Part shown: positions 1 to 13,100 of the stretch, piece by piece
How positions within the stretch are numbered: position 1 is the stretch's first letter
Layout of the letters: each line of letters begins with the position of its first letter
From: Geosiphon pyriformis uo1
Lineage: Eukaryota; Fungi; Glomeromycota
DNA: 64,000 bases
Assembly: GCA_016748015.1 (NCBI GenBank)
Contig: JAAOMT010000226.1
Location: forward strand, 850,604-914,603
Reading direction: 5' to 3'
The notes under the pieces: model-generated
Seen by the model: the letters and a program-made list of their open reading frames with translations, nothing else
Told to the model about the DNA's origin: nothing
Database searches by the model: none
Translations under genes and position numbers: made by a program

Positions 1-1510
1 CTTAAGTGGTTATCAAAGTGTTTAAGGATAACAAAGAATTTGAAAAAGATATGTTTAAAATACATTTTGTTTTTGGTACATGAATATTTGTACTCTTTTG
101 CAGATTTAATCAGATGCTTTATTTAAAGATCGAAATTCAGGCTCATAGACAAAACAAAGAAAATTCTTTTTTATTTTCGTTAAAAATTAACTTTTCCATG
201 TTTTGAATGTTATTTTGTTTTAAGAAAATTCCAATCTTGAGGAAAATTAGTTAATAAAGAATAAACAATTAATTTACTCCTTTCTAAAAAATTAGTAGCT
301 TTTAAACAAAGAAAATTAGTTGGTTAAAACTCTTGTTCCCCTCCTTAGAGTTTTCAATGATTATTATGCAAGGCCCTTAAAATTTTATTTTTGGGATAAA
401 TTGTGACAGGTGAGACGACTATGATTCTTTATATTGATGCTTGGTATTACAGATTTTATATGAGAGATATCGGAAATGGCATGAATGATTTATAGAGGCA
501 ATTATTTTTTCCGAAAGCAGCATATAAATAAATAAGACTTTTCACTTTATAAAATATTTTTTATTAAATATATTGACCTCTTTTTTTAATAAAAAGATGA
601 AATGGGTAATTTTCTTCCGAACCATTTTCTTGAAATGAAATGTCATCTTTACTATTTTCCCTTTTCCCTTTTTCCAGTTTCTCCGTTATCTTGTTATCGG
701 GATCAACTAAATATTTTACTTTTTTGCTTATTAAAAAAGTTAAATGTATAAATTTTATTTTATAATAGCCCTAATTTCGTAATGTAAACCAAAAGTTTGC
801 AACTAGGAATTGTAATATCTTTAAATTTTATTTGATGATGCAATTCTTGTAATAGTTGTTAGCTATTGCATTTCATAAGATTGAAATAACCATTTTAATT
901 GCTAAATCTTATAGAATAACCTTATTTTCTTCAATTATAAAAAGATATCTCGGTAAAAAAACAATATCAATAATTGGAATCTAAATCGGTTATAATGTTG
1001 ACGAAGGAATAATGTCCAGCCAACCCAATCCAAAAGAATTTCCTCTCATTCACGAAAAATTTCCCAATAATTCGAAAAAATTGTACAATTCAAAATACCT
1101 TTTTAAAAGAATCAATAAACAGTTGTCAAAAGACTTTCACAATGAATAATCCTTTAATTCTTTTCATAAAATCCATTATTTTCTCGTAAAAAATCTTTAC
1201 GCTGAGTTCTGAAGCTTAATCAAGAAAAAGAGAAAAGATCAAAGTAATCTTAAAATAGAATGTCTTATCCTTGCCCAAAATGTATTTCTTAATAATCAAC
1301 TTTAAAAAATCACTTATTTCATTTGGTAGGTCAATAATTAGCACAATATAAACTTTTAAGATAAACCTTTTTATCGATACTAATGTCCAAATTTATTGAT
1401 AACAAAAGATGAGGTCTTTATTTACATAATAATGATCAGTGCTTATCTTTTAAGTGAAATTAGAAAGAACCTTTATAGCCATAGGTTAAAATTGTATTTA
1501 TTCTTTTAAG

Positions 1511-2939
1511 ATGAGGAATATTAAAAATTTTAACGTCCTTTTGTTCATTTTGATATTAGCTTGCATTTGCCAATCTTTTTCAAAACGGGAAATTTTTTCG
1601 GATATTGGAGATGTAAAATTATACTGCTTGGATTTGATCAAAATTCAAATCAAAAATCGTCTAAACTTTTAATTTTCAAAAATATCCCATAACTTACAGG
1701 TCAAAAGCCCAAAGTTTTTCAAAAATATCTCAAACAAGTCTAGGATAAACCAATTTTTACTTCCAAAGGGAAAATCATTCCTAAGTCGTATGACCAAATT
1801 TGTAATTTTCCTTATTGTTTTCCGCAAAATGAGATTGGAAAGATCGTAATGGAAAAAGATACTATCGGTAATTTCATTTTTACAGTAAATAGTTGATTTG
1901 GTTTAAAAAAAAAAACAGAATTTATTTTTTCACTGAGCATATGACACCATTTTTTGCACAATCACATCTTCATTTTGTAGCCGATATTATAGAAGAGGAA
2001 AATTTTCACAAATTATTACCTATTTTCGAGGGCCGATACTCAGCAGGGAACAATGGCTAGCGAGACCAGTTTCTTTAGCTCCGATTTATTGGGATAATTT
2101 CACACCCGAAAAAACTCTAGTTTATGCAACTTGGCTGGGAAATGTGGAAAAAATGATGCCTCTCTTATATGATAAAGTAGAAATAATGACTAAAAAAGAT
2201 ATAAGCATAGATTTTTCAATAGTTTTTGTTGGACATGGTATTGGAGGAGGTAAATTTTATCTTATAATAATTTAAAAGTTTTATTAGATTAAATGTGTAT
2301 AAAAAATTCTTTTACTCTCCTCAAGCCTATGCAGCTCTAGCGGCATTATCTTTTAACCATCTTTTATATCAAGAAAGAAGGCAAGTAGGCTTTCATACAA
2401 ATATTCGTTCAATAGGCGTGGTAACATTTGGTGCTCCTCGAATTGGGAATTTCCATTTTGTGAACTTGGTTTCGGGAGCATTTAAGAGCAGAAATGTCTA
2501 TCGAGTGACTCATTCAAATGATTGGGTTTCAAGAGAATTTCTGCCAAAAGGTAAATTTGTGCATTATAAACCGGAATATTGGTTAGCAAAGGGTGAGTGT
2601 GATTGTTCAAAATATTCTTCAGACAGGTTTTATGTGCATAAATGCGATTCCAAAGGAAATGAAAGTCAGGTAAGAATGAAATCAATCCTTGCAAAAAAAT
2701 ATTCATCATTCTTTTTAAAAAAATTTCATTCTCTCATGGTTCAAATTTTCTATTTCACTCAGATTCTAGTCTTTATAATTTTTAAACTAATATTATTTTA
2801 CTTTCTTTTTTAGGAATGTAATCTTGGCACGGTTGATTCAGAAAGCGAAAATAATCTCAATCCGAACATGGGTCCATTTCTCGGTATTATTTTCGCAAAC
2901 TGTACTGGAATAAAAAACTTATTTTTCAACCATGAATGA
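1511..2939 (+). pseudogene. Class-3 lipase-fold gene (nucleophile GHG variant), apparently frameshifted in its 5' exons
   Basis: Signal-peptide-like start (MRNIKNFNVLLFILILACIC). Lipase_3 motifs across introns (1868-1980, 2250-2325, 2670-2813): IITYFRG, VFVGHGIGG|AYAALAAL, VTFGAPRIGN, YRVTHSNDWV, HYKPEYW, ECNLG..NMGPFLG; stop at 2937-2939. The 5' part needs several frame changes, e.g. near homopolymers at ~1800 and ~2003, so it is either a pseudogene or has assembly errors. Confidence 0.7.
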
Positions 2940-3904
2940 GCTCGTTTTAAATGTACATACGACAATTTCTCTCAAGGTTCGGTATTTAAAGATGTAAAAT
3001 ATATGAGTTTGCTAAAAACTCCAAGGGTATGTGGAATCTTATGATAAAATCTCTCCAGATTCTGTTTTGTGGGCTTTCCTTTTTAAATATATTATAGCGT
3101 AGATTTTTTTGATGTTTTTAGGTTATAAAGTAAAAAGGAGGTATTTTAGCGAATGAAGGTATAGTGGCAAAGTTAGTAATTTTTTATGGGTTGTGATAAA
3201 GACCATAAAAAATAACATTTTTTCAAGTGAGAAAATGGCATACTTTTAGGCGAATTTATTTTGCCAACTTTGCTATAATATATTTTTTTGTTAAATACTC
3301 AAACAAACTAATTTTTTTACTTTTAAAAAAACATATGGGCCATACAATATTACAAAAAAAGTCAAAATAATAATAATAATAATAATAAATTATATAAAAT
3401 AAAAATTATATAAAAACCAAATTGTATTAAAAAATTAATTTTATGTTTTTATTTGTCAAATTGAAATATTTAAATTATAAAAACAATGAAAATTTTAAAA
3501 TAATTAAAAAACTTTTTTTCATTAATTTAATAGACCAATAAAACAAATATAATTCCAATTAATGAAAAATATAATAATTCATTGTATTTATATGATTTAA
3601 AATTACAAATATGTAACAATTAAATATTATATTAAAATTTATATAATATTTATTTGTCATATTCACAATTTTCATTTTTAATTATTATCAATAAAATAAT
3701 TTTAATAAAAAAAATTAATATGAACAAATAGATATTCATAAATTTAATTATAAAGATTTTTTTCAAAACATTAATAAAAAATAATTTTTGAATTCAACTT
3801 TAAAAAGTATTTTATTTTAATAATAAAATATTATTAAAAAAAAGCTTATTGATAATTCAATGAAATCAATAATTGTTAACTGGTTTTATAAGAGTAAAAA
3901 ATGA

Positions 3905-3942
3905 AACTTGAGTTTAATAAAAATTTTTATTAAACTCAAGTT
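3905..3942. repeat. Perfect 38-bp palindrome
   Basis: aacttgagtttaataaaaa|tttttattaaactcaagtt, no spacer. Confidence 0.85.
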
Positions 3943-5489
3943 ATTTTGCACAGTAAATGTTTTGATGTATAAGATTTTATGATTTGTATCATATCACATT
4001 AATTATTAATTATTGGTAGATATTCTCACACTTCGTGTTCTTTTTGTTGTTACGTACAAATACTAATTTTAGTTTTATGCCACAAAAAATGTCGGTTTTA
4101 AATGCAACGGTAATCATATGTAAACTGTTCAAAGGAATAAAATATTGCATGTTGATAAGATAAAGAAGGACAGTGGGGATGGACAGTTTTCAAAGGTCAT
4201 TGTGAAACAGAAAAATAGGTTTAAGATATGGTTAGTGGATGAATTAGAACAAGCAAGATCTGCTCATTTTTGTCAATCCGACATATGTCTGCCAAATATT
4301 TCTTTATAATTGAAAAATATATTTTAATTTCACGCATTTTTGAATTCTTTTTTCATAAATTCTGTCAGAAACTTTTTATATATCAATTCTGCTGCTCATA
4401 TGTTTAGGAGAGAACTTGCAATTATTTTATGACTTCATTGGTATATAAGCTATATTCGTGAAAAAAGCGGAAAATTTTTCTATTATAATGATGTGGCCAT
4501 TAATATAGTCATACGTTGATTAACCATAAAATCTTTAGGTCCATATTGACTCGAGAAACAGGTTAAAAATGTGTGCGTTAAATTTACTTTTTCGGATGAA
4601 ATGTGATTTATTGATGCTTTAATCAAAGATTTGATAATCAAAGTGAGCAGATAAGAATTCATCATTTGGATTCTGATGAGATCATAGCTCTTTGATTTAG
4701 TCCTTTGGCTACAACTCTTTTAGTCATAGAATTTTTTATGGAACATTCTATTTAATCACGGTTTCTCTGGAATTCCCATCATGTTGCCATTCTCGAAGAA
4801 TATGGCATTTTCAAAAATGAGTGAACTGGTCAAATGAAATAGGTTTACCATTTTTTACCGTCTTCCCCTCCTCCTCATCGATTGTTTTTATACGTATATA
4901 CCCTAGAATTGGTGAATTATTTTAGGATGGTCCCATTCATTAAAATAATTTACACAATTGGCTATGCTGTTTCAAAAGTTACACTTACCTCAATATTTTT
5001 TAATAGAAAGGAAATTTCCAAAGTCGTTAGCAGGATGATTATTTTGATACCCGATTTTCCTTATAACACTTCTTGTTTCGGAAAGATTTTCCCTCAAACC
5101 AACAATCACAATGATAAATTTCGCAATTCGAAGCATATCGCACGTGCTCATTCTCTTATTTAAAAAAATTGATGCAATAGTCTAGACAATTATGCAATTT
5201 TTTATTCACAATATTAAATTTAGCACCATAGTGGTTGATAGTTGGACACTTTCAAGACACGTGGTCCCTGCTACCTGCATCTTGCAGCCTTGTGAAATGG
5301 AGGATTTTCAGTTACATAAATATGGCAATGGGTTCTTTAAAAGCCTTGTTAAGCCAACTGAACACTCAACTAAATTTCGTATCTTGGTTTCGAAAATTCT
5401 TTTTTGTAAATTCACAAACTTTAGACACAATTTTACAATATTCAAGTGTAAAGAACAAAATTTTAATTGAAAAATTCTAGTTTGAAAAG

Positions 5490-6714
5490 ATGGAAAAACT
5501 TCAAGAAACCACAAAATTGATTAAACGCGAACGAATCTCAGGGACAAATACAAATTTAATATTTCAGTATGGGACTGAAATTAATTTTGAAGAGAAAGAT
5601 GATGGCGGTGATGAAGAACTCGTTTGGTATTTAGGTAAATCTTGGCAAAATAACTCAAAAGTTTTCTAAAGCTGATATTTCCAAAAACTTATTCACTATT
5701 TATTTTTCCTGCTATCCAAAGGATATGGCAGCAACATGAGTTCGAATACATTTACAGGTCGTCGAAAAGTTTATCCCTCACTTTCTTTCCCATGCTTCGT
5801 ACCTTCATACTTTCTTTCATTCGATATTGGTGGACAAAAGTATATGGAACCTTGTTTCGCAAATATAATGCGGTTTGAACCTCCTCCAACAGGCATAACC
5901 CGTGAATATGCGGAAAAAGTTCATAGTCACTGTGCAACAGGAACGCCGTTTATATGGAACGAAAAGAATCCTCAAGCAAGCTTACCACCCACACTACAAG
6001 GTGTAATACATCGAATAAAGCTATCAGAATATCGTCAAATTTTATTCACGGAGCCCCCCTTTGGTTGGGCTGATATCAAGACAGGTTATAAAGAAATTGA
6101 GGTCGAATGTGTGACTTATGATAACGAGGTCATATTGGCGAAAACTCTAATATCATTTCCGGGGCAGGAGAGACCTGGATCTCAAGCGTCAGAGAGGTAA
6201 TTATAAAAAATGATCATTTATTTGGGAGTCGAAAATTTTTTTGGACTATCTCTTACAAGTAATCTAATCCTTGTTATAATTTGTTGATTTCAAAAGATAT
6301 CTCAACATACTCCGAGATGGGGCAAAAGAACATCACATGGATCCAGAATACCGTTTATACTTATCACGATTGCAACCCTTCTTCCCACGAACGCTACGAA
6401 AGCGAATTGGCAAAACACTTTTTATGTTGTTATTTTTCCCTGTGTTGTACTTTTTATATTCAATCAGTATGTCCTGGATGAATAAGAGAAAACAGATTCC
6501 AAGATGGGTAGCTCTATCATTCTCAAATGTGAGAAAATTTTCGACACACGTACATGATTCTTTTTTTAAACCTGTTTTTGGGAGTGGTGAGTCAAATCTA
6601 GATGAACAAGGTGAAGATGAGGAACAGACATTAGATTATGAGGTGTTTGACAAAATAGATAATGTTAATTACATTATAGAAGAAAAGGCAGAGGGTAGAA
6701 GGGTTTTTTCTTGA
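5490..6714 (+). CDS. Gamma-glutamylcyclotransferase-like (GliK/AIG2-like) protein with C-terminal hydrophobic helix
   Basis: Spliced LVWYL|GYGSNM motif typical of the GGCT fold, then MEPCFANI, LQGVIHRI, SER|YLNILRDGAKE. Three exons; hydrophobic LFMLLFFPVLYFLYSISM near the C-terminus. Confidence 0.75.
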
Positions 6715-8271
6715 ATTTGGAATAGAAGCAGAATTACAATATTTCGAATATAATTTCATTTAAAAGTTTAATGTACATTTCATACCTAGTTGATCTATGT
6801 GTTGAGTTGGAAAGAGAGATTTTTTAATGGGAAATTTTTTTGTTTTAAATGTAAAGCTCAACTCTCAATATAAACAGAATTGAGAGTTTATCAATAACAA
6901 AGTAAAATAGCTTTCAATCTAGAAATCATTAGTTGTGCAGGCGTTACTAATTGAGCCTCTTAATAAAATTTTAATTTTTAAATATGGGAAAAAGAAAAAG
7001 AAAAAGAAAAAGAAAACCTCCTGAAAGTATAAATCTTTAAGTTCGCCCCCCCCCCAAACTTAATTGCTTATAGCATGTAAACTAACGCTAAATTGAGAGT
7101 TTATTATTCTTGTATTTGGCAAAAAACTTCGCGGTATAATTTTCGCTTTTGCATGCATACAGATTCTGTAATCGTTTGAAATTCATACGGGTAAGCTATT
7201 TTTGGCTCTTTGGGAGGTATGATCAATTAAAAATAGATTTTTTAATAAAAGCATGCATACAAAGACATCAAACTTGGCAATTACTTAATATAATTTGAAA
7301 AATGTTGAAAGAGAAGAAGAAATTTCAGCATTATAAACTTTAGAGGAATATTTAATTCACCTAGTCAATCAATTTGAGGTATTTACAAAAAAAAAATTGT
7401 ATTTCTCCCTCATTTAAATATTAAACGAGGAAAACGATATCATGCTTGATATAGAACAATGGACAATATTAACGATTAAAATAAATAGTTCAAACACTTT
7501 AATACATTATACATCTATCGATGACACTAATTCAAAGTGGCTGGGATCTCTCATCAACACAGTATTTTTAATTATTTAATTAATTAATGTATAAATGTAT
7601 CAGGTGGTTAGTTCTTTGTTTTTGGTAAATGCCAATTTTCACTGGTTAATAGTATAAAAATCTATGCACAATTCATTATGGAAAACTTTCTAAGGATTGC
7701 TTTGCAGAGTTATATACAAGTATGCAAGAAATCATAACTAGAAATAGCACAATCTTTAACTGGGGGGTTGGTCGCAGCAACTCTTGGCACTGCACAATAG
7801 CAATCCCTATCGTACGAAGTAAATAAAGTTGAAGCAAACTTTATTCATCTAACAGTAAAATGATAATTCCGTTCTATATCAAAAGTCAAATCTAGAGGAA
7901 TTCAATTTCTTAGATATTAAAAAAAATTTATCTCAAATGAGAATTTAATTAATCTGCATAAGGATGACTAAATTCTATTGTCAAGATTTCAATTATCCGA
8001 TAATTTGACCCTTCACGCAAGAAATGCCTGATTCTGTAAACCTTTTCCCCCCTTCATATCTTTATGAAACAATAAAAAAAATGCCAGTCCAATTAAAACG
8101 GGAAACCAGGTGTCACATTCTAGTTAAAGTTTCGTTTTTGTAGGGATTGAAAACCTTTTTATAACATTGACATAAGTTTTTCGCTAAAATATCTTTTTAT
8201 TTAATTTATGTCCTTTTGATACTTAGTCATAATTATTTGTTAAAGAAATTTCTCTTGTCATAGCTAAAAAG

Positions 8272-10173
8272 ATGAAAGCCGTATTTAGACTACTTCGAAA
8301 ATTCTTCATAGATCTTGTACCTGACCGTGAGACAGAACCAGGATTTCTGCGTGGTGTTAAATTTTTTTTCATGTATTCCATTTATATTGGGTGTTTGGGA
8401 TACATCATTTACCTTTCACGCGAAATTGTCACTGAAAACCCACATATCGAGATAACCTCTGAAACTAAACTTGAAGTACCTAGTCCATGTGAGTGGATGG
8501 AATTGCCAAATTTTTCTTTGAGCAAGTGAAATAAATTTTATGCTGAAAAGTTTACTCTCAATTTTCTTGCATCAATCTAGTTTTTCGGGTTGAATCACCG
8601 TTCTTTTTTACTATAAAATGCAATTTTTTGGATTCAAGTAAGCAACATCTCAGTTTAATATCATCCTAGTTTTTATAAAAATGTACAAACCTAAACAATT
8701 CGTGATATGAGATTAAAAATTTTATAATTTCAATCAGGCAACAAAATAATTGAAACTGTTGATTGTGACAAATATTTCGAACAACCAGAGAGTGCCTCGC
8801 CTTTTGCGAGATATTGGTCAACGTTGGATGAGAAAAATAAGCCACAAATTTATTTTTCGCCAGAAAAATATTTTGGAATGTATGTGGAAATTTTCGCTAA
8901 TGCTACGCCTAATGCCAATGCTGATTCTGGGGCGTTGGACAAATCATCAATAATAGTAACGTTTGCTGACGCTGGTAAGTGTTGATTTTGTGAGGTGATA
9001 TTTAACATGATTCGAGTTTTTTCAAACGAGAAATTACTCCTTCCTAGCATCAGAAGAGGTCGATTTTTCGAATGCCAAACCAGATACAGCTGTAGCCCGA
9101 ACGGAACAGATTATTTCGGAAAACAAATATGTCTTGTCACCTAAGCAGGTAAAAGATTAGGTTTTAATTAAGAAGTTTTCCATTGCCTTCATGTCTTTTT
9201 TACGATTGATAATATATTTTTAAATTCACTCTAATATCAGAGGCACATGTTTTGGTTCCGACGTATCCAGAAACAAGACCTAGATGGTCATAAGTGGAGA
9301 AATCGAGCTGGAGTTCAAAAGAAAACTAATGACTATTTTCAGATAACTTCCAGACTACGTTAGAGAATAATTTAATAATTTTGTCTATTCTTTAATACTT
9401 AAAAACGAGATCAAATGAAATTTCAATTTAGAAACGGTGAATCCTCAAAAGCCGGATGAATTTGCTCCTTATGCAACCATTGATATTCATTATCAGAGCC
9501 GTATTTTAGAAACGAACGAACAAAAAAAGTAGGTATTGAAATAATTGGAGCTGTTAATTGAATGAGCTTGAATAAACTAATTTTTTGAACTCCTTTCCAC
9601 TCATTTATTGAAAAAAAGGGATAAAACAGTAAGCCGTTATTGTCCAAGTTTTGAATTCTCGTTATCTTGGATTTTAATATATAAAATGACCTTTCCTTTC
9701 TCATTGTAGGTTTTGGCTTTATTAAGTACCCTTGGTGGTGCGTATGGTCTTGGTATTGCGGTTTACTGTTTCTGTTTCGGTAAGTTTTATTCTCTAGACT
9801 ATGCCTTTTCTAATTCCTAAGATTTCAAAACAATCATCTTGTTTCTCAACCTATTCTATCAAATCCAAAAAACTTTTTAGGCGCCTCACCATTAGGACCA
9901 TGGGGCTGGGCCCAAGAACTTCCGGGTATTCGACGAGCTTTGAAACGAAAACTTCGTCAATATTTTACTGATCACATCCCACTCGTCCATACAGCCAAAA
10001 CGGGGTCCGAGGATCCGGAGACCTTGAGACATGTCGAGCTTGTGGAACGTGTTTACGGGCTAGAAAGGAGAAGTGCATTATTGGAATTGTTACTGAAAGA
10101 ATATGTGGTTGATATTGGGGATTTAGAAGATTTGGCGAAGTCTAAGAATGATATAGATTTGGAGAAATCGTAG
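8272..10173 (+). CDS. Two-TM membrane protein, DEG/ENaC/PAC-like topology (paralog A)
   Basis: About nine GT-AG exons join in frame. TM1 (FFFMYSIYIGCLGYIIYL), ~220-230 aa loop with 2 Cys, then TM2 region ETNEQKKDKTVLALLSTLGGAYGLGIAVYCFCFG, a PWG motif, and a C-terminal coiled coil ending LLKEYVVD. Confidence 0.75.
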
Positions 10174-13100
10174 ATTTAAGTCTATATTTTAGCTATGCAT
10201 TCACAAAAACAAATTTACCCGTCCGAGGAATCATGAAAGGAAAAATTGGGGCTAGAAGCATTATTATGAATTTGAATATTTAGAGGTATTCACCAAAATG
10301 TATGAGCGATCGTCTCGTTCATTTTCTATTTAAATTTTTGATTATTTTAAATTGAGATAAAAGCAGTTTAACCTAAAAAGGTTGACATCTTGTAAGTGAG
10401 ACAAAGTCTTTTAATTGGTCGATTGGATTCAAAATTTAGACTAGTTCAATTTAAAAAGGGAACTCAATTTTCAAAGAACTTGAGGATTTGCATGAATAGA
10501 GGATAGGGAGAATTTTATTTCAGCCCCCTTGATTTATTTGAAATTGACAATTTTATCGTTATGTAAGAGTTCGGGACTTTAAGGCTTTCATGTAAATAGT
10601 CGGCTTTTTCTTTTAATTAAATCTTTTGGTTCGACAATTTTTCTTTAACATGAATAATTGAATACATGCGCATCTTTAAATAGGTAGTGTAATGCAAAAA
10701 TTTAATAGCCGTTTTCAATGAGAAAGATATCGTCATCGCAATACTGAAAATTTCACCTTTTTATAAAGAAATTTAAAAATTTTAAAAATTAAAAGCCTGA
10801 AGAACGTGCAAGTCTACCAATTATATAAAATGGTGCTTGCTTTTCGAGATGTTTTATTATTATTTGTGAATTGGATTATGCTACTAAATAATCTTTGTAC
10901 TTTTCTATTGAGTGAAAAAATTAAATGTTTCATAGGAATGCGCAGAAATTAGGATTAATTTCGAGAGCTTAGTTTTTATAAAGAAAATCAAATAATGATA
11001 CATTCTGTGATCAAAGCTGCCACAAATTTATTAATTTGTGGAAGAAATGAAACCAATCATTTTTAAAACTCTTGACATCCATTTTAATTCTGGGAAAAAC
11101 ACCAATAAAGTAAAATAATCCGATCCACATTAGCATGATCGCGAAAGAAGAAAATGTCAGGTTTAGTGGAACCAATTAAACTCCATGAAATTTCATGCAT
11201 GTGAGTTTATTGAAGTTAAACATATTGTGATCAATAAATTAGTTGACTAATCACGCGCTTGAAATCGTGAGTCAAATAAATATAAAGTTAGAGATTCAAA
11301 GGGTAAAATAATTGAATCATTTTAACTTGAAACTTCGAGCCATATTTTCTTTATAAATACACTCTTTTAAACCATCACATATTCAAAACCCGGAAGAACT
11401 TCTAAAAAAAAACTTTGAACGCAATAAAACTCAAAGATTTGCAAGCGAAATATGGCACTACAACTTATCATTTTTTTCATAATGTTATTCTCGACTATTA
11501 TTTCTCTGGATAAATTTTTTGAACAAGAGAGGCTCAAAAAAAAGGCTGCTAAAAATCGACAACGACGGACTTTAAGTAGAGATTATAATGACCAAAGAAT
11601 AGCAATAACTAAAATTTCTGAGAAGGCGAAATAAAAGTTTTTGGTAAGTTATTTGGCTGTAAAGAAGATTTTTAAATGATGTTGAGTCTCTCAAAAAGGT
11701 TTTATTTCCATAGCCAATTTAATTTTAACTCCTTGGATTCACGGTAATAATGGAAATAGGTCCTCTAAAACAGTTAAATTAATTGTGTGAGTGTGCCTTT
11801 GATAGCTCTATTACCAGCATAGTATAATTAACGTTTTAAATAATGCTTCGAATTTCTTTATCAAGAGTCTAGAATTTGAATTAATTGATTTCATTTTAAA
11901 AACAAGATTGGCCAGCAAACTTTAGTCAATATGAAAATTTTTAATTCATAAATTGAGGATGAACAATTTATCTTTTCGTAAAAACGGAATGAATTATTCC
12001 AAGAAAAACACTTGTGCTTAAAGCGTTATTTTCCATAGTTTAAACTTTGTATTTTAGCTATAAATTATGGTTTGGTACGATTTGCGAAAAGTTAAAAAAT
12101 CGAATACAGACCTACCTATTTTATAAATTCGTGCTGATAAAATTTAAGGTGTATCAAAAATCTTGATCATTATTATGTTTACAGACTCCCAGATTATTTC
12201 GTAGCGAAGAAAGAAGTTGACTTTCCATCATGTCTGAACGAGAATTAAGATGATCTGTGCGCTGTCTCAAAACGGACAAAAGAGATGGTACTACCATTTC
12301 AAGAAATCGTTAGAATTTGTGGACTTCCACAAGCAGATGACACAGAATGATCTGCGATCTCTTGTTAAAACTTCGTGAAGTCAGCAACTGGTATTTGCAA
12401 AAACATGGTGAGCGCATTCTTTTCTTGTGAGCTTTTAAAGAAGTTAGGTTAGAACATCTCTTTATCCAGAGGGGCTGATGGATTGCTGTCTTGAGCGTAA
12501 ACTGCTTGCACAGTTGGTATTATAGTAATTGTCATTCCCTATGGAACTAAATTTGTTCTCTTTTATAATATTTTTCATTCAAAGAGAAAAGTTCTAAAGG
12601 AAGGTGGACCCTTGGTGCAGTGCGGAGAGAACATCAATATCTCAAAGCACAAGAGACATTGAATATGGCAAAGGACTCATCAACGCAAGTAATATGGATT
12701 GTGATATAAAATTGAGCAGTAGTTCGTAACGAAAAAACCGGAAGAGGGAAATAGACGGAGCTCAACTCCAAAGTGGCAATCCCACCAACATGTTAAATAA
12801 AAACCACCTCGAGGATTTGTACGATATTAATGTATTGAAACATAGTAGGGATAGAATTGGTAAGGTACGTGGCTCCTGTGACTACCATAATTGCGTCTGT
12901 GTATACTTTGGCGTTCATCTTTTTACAATCCTTTTTGCTTTACACAGAAAGGAATCAACGGCAATGGTAACAATAATAGTGACGACAACAAGGAAAAACT
13001 GTAAGAGAACAATAATGGGGAATCGTTTATATAGCATATTCCGAACAGATGTTGAAGATGTCAAATGCATTACGGCAACAAAGTGGGCTCACCGACGCTC

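Noticed and set aside
4483-5514. Cluster of short ORFs upstream of the GGCT-like gene
   Set aside because: No motifs, mutually overlapping, no consistent splice structure
9881-9900. FGAS after TM2 as the DEG/ENaC GAS selectivity filter
   Set aside because: Lies several residues downstream of the aligned filter position and is not conserved in paralog B (FGAF)
11452-11634. 60-aa ORF with hydrophobic N-terminus (possible small secreted protein)
   Set aside because: No Cys pattern or family signal; plausible by chance in AT-rich DNA and unsupported without RNA data
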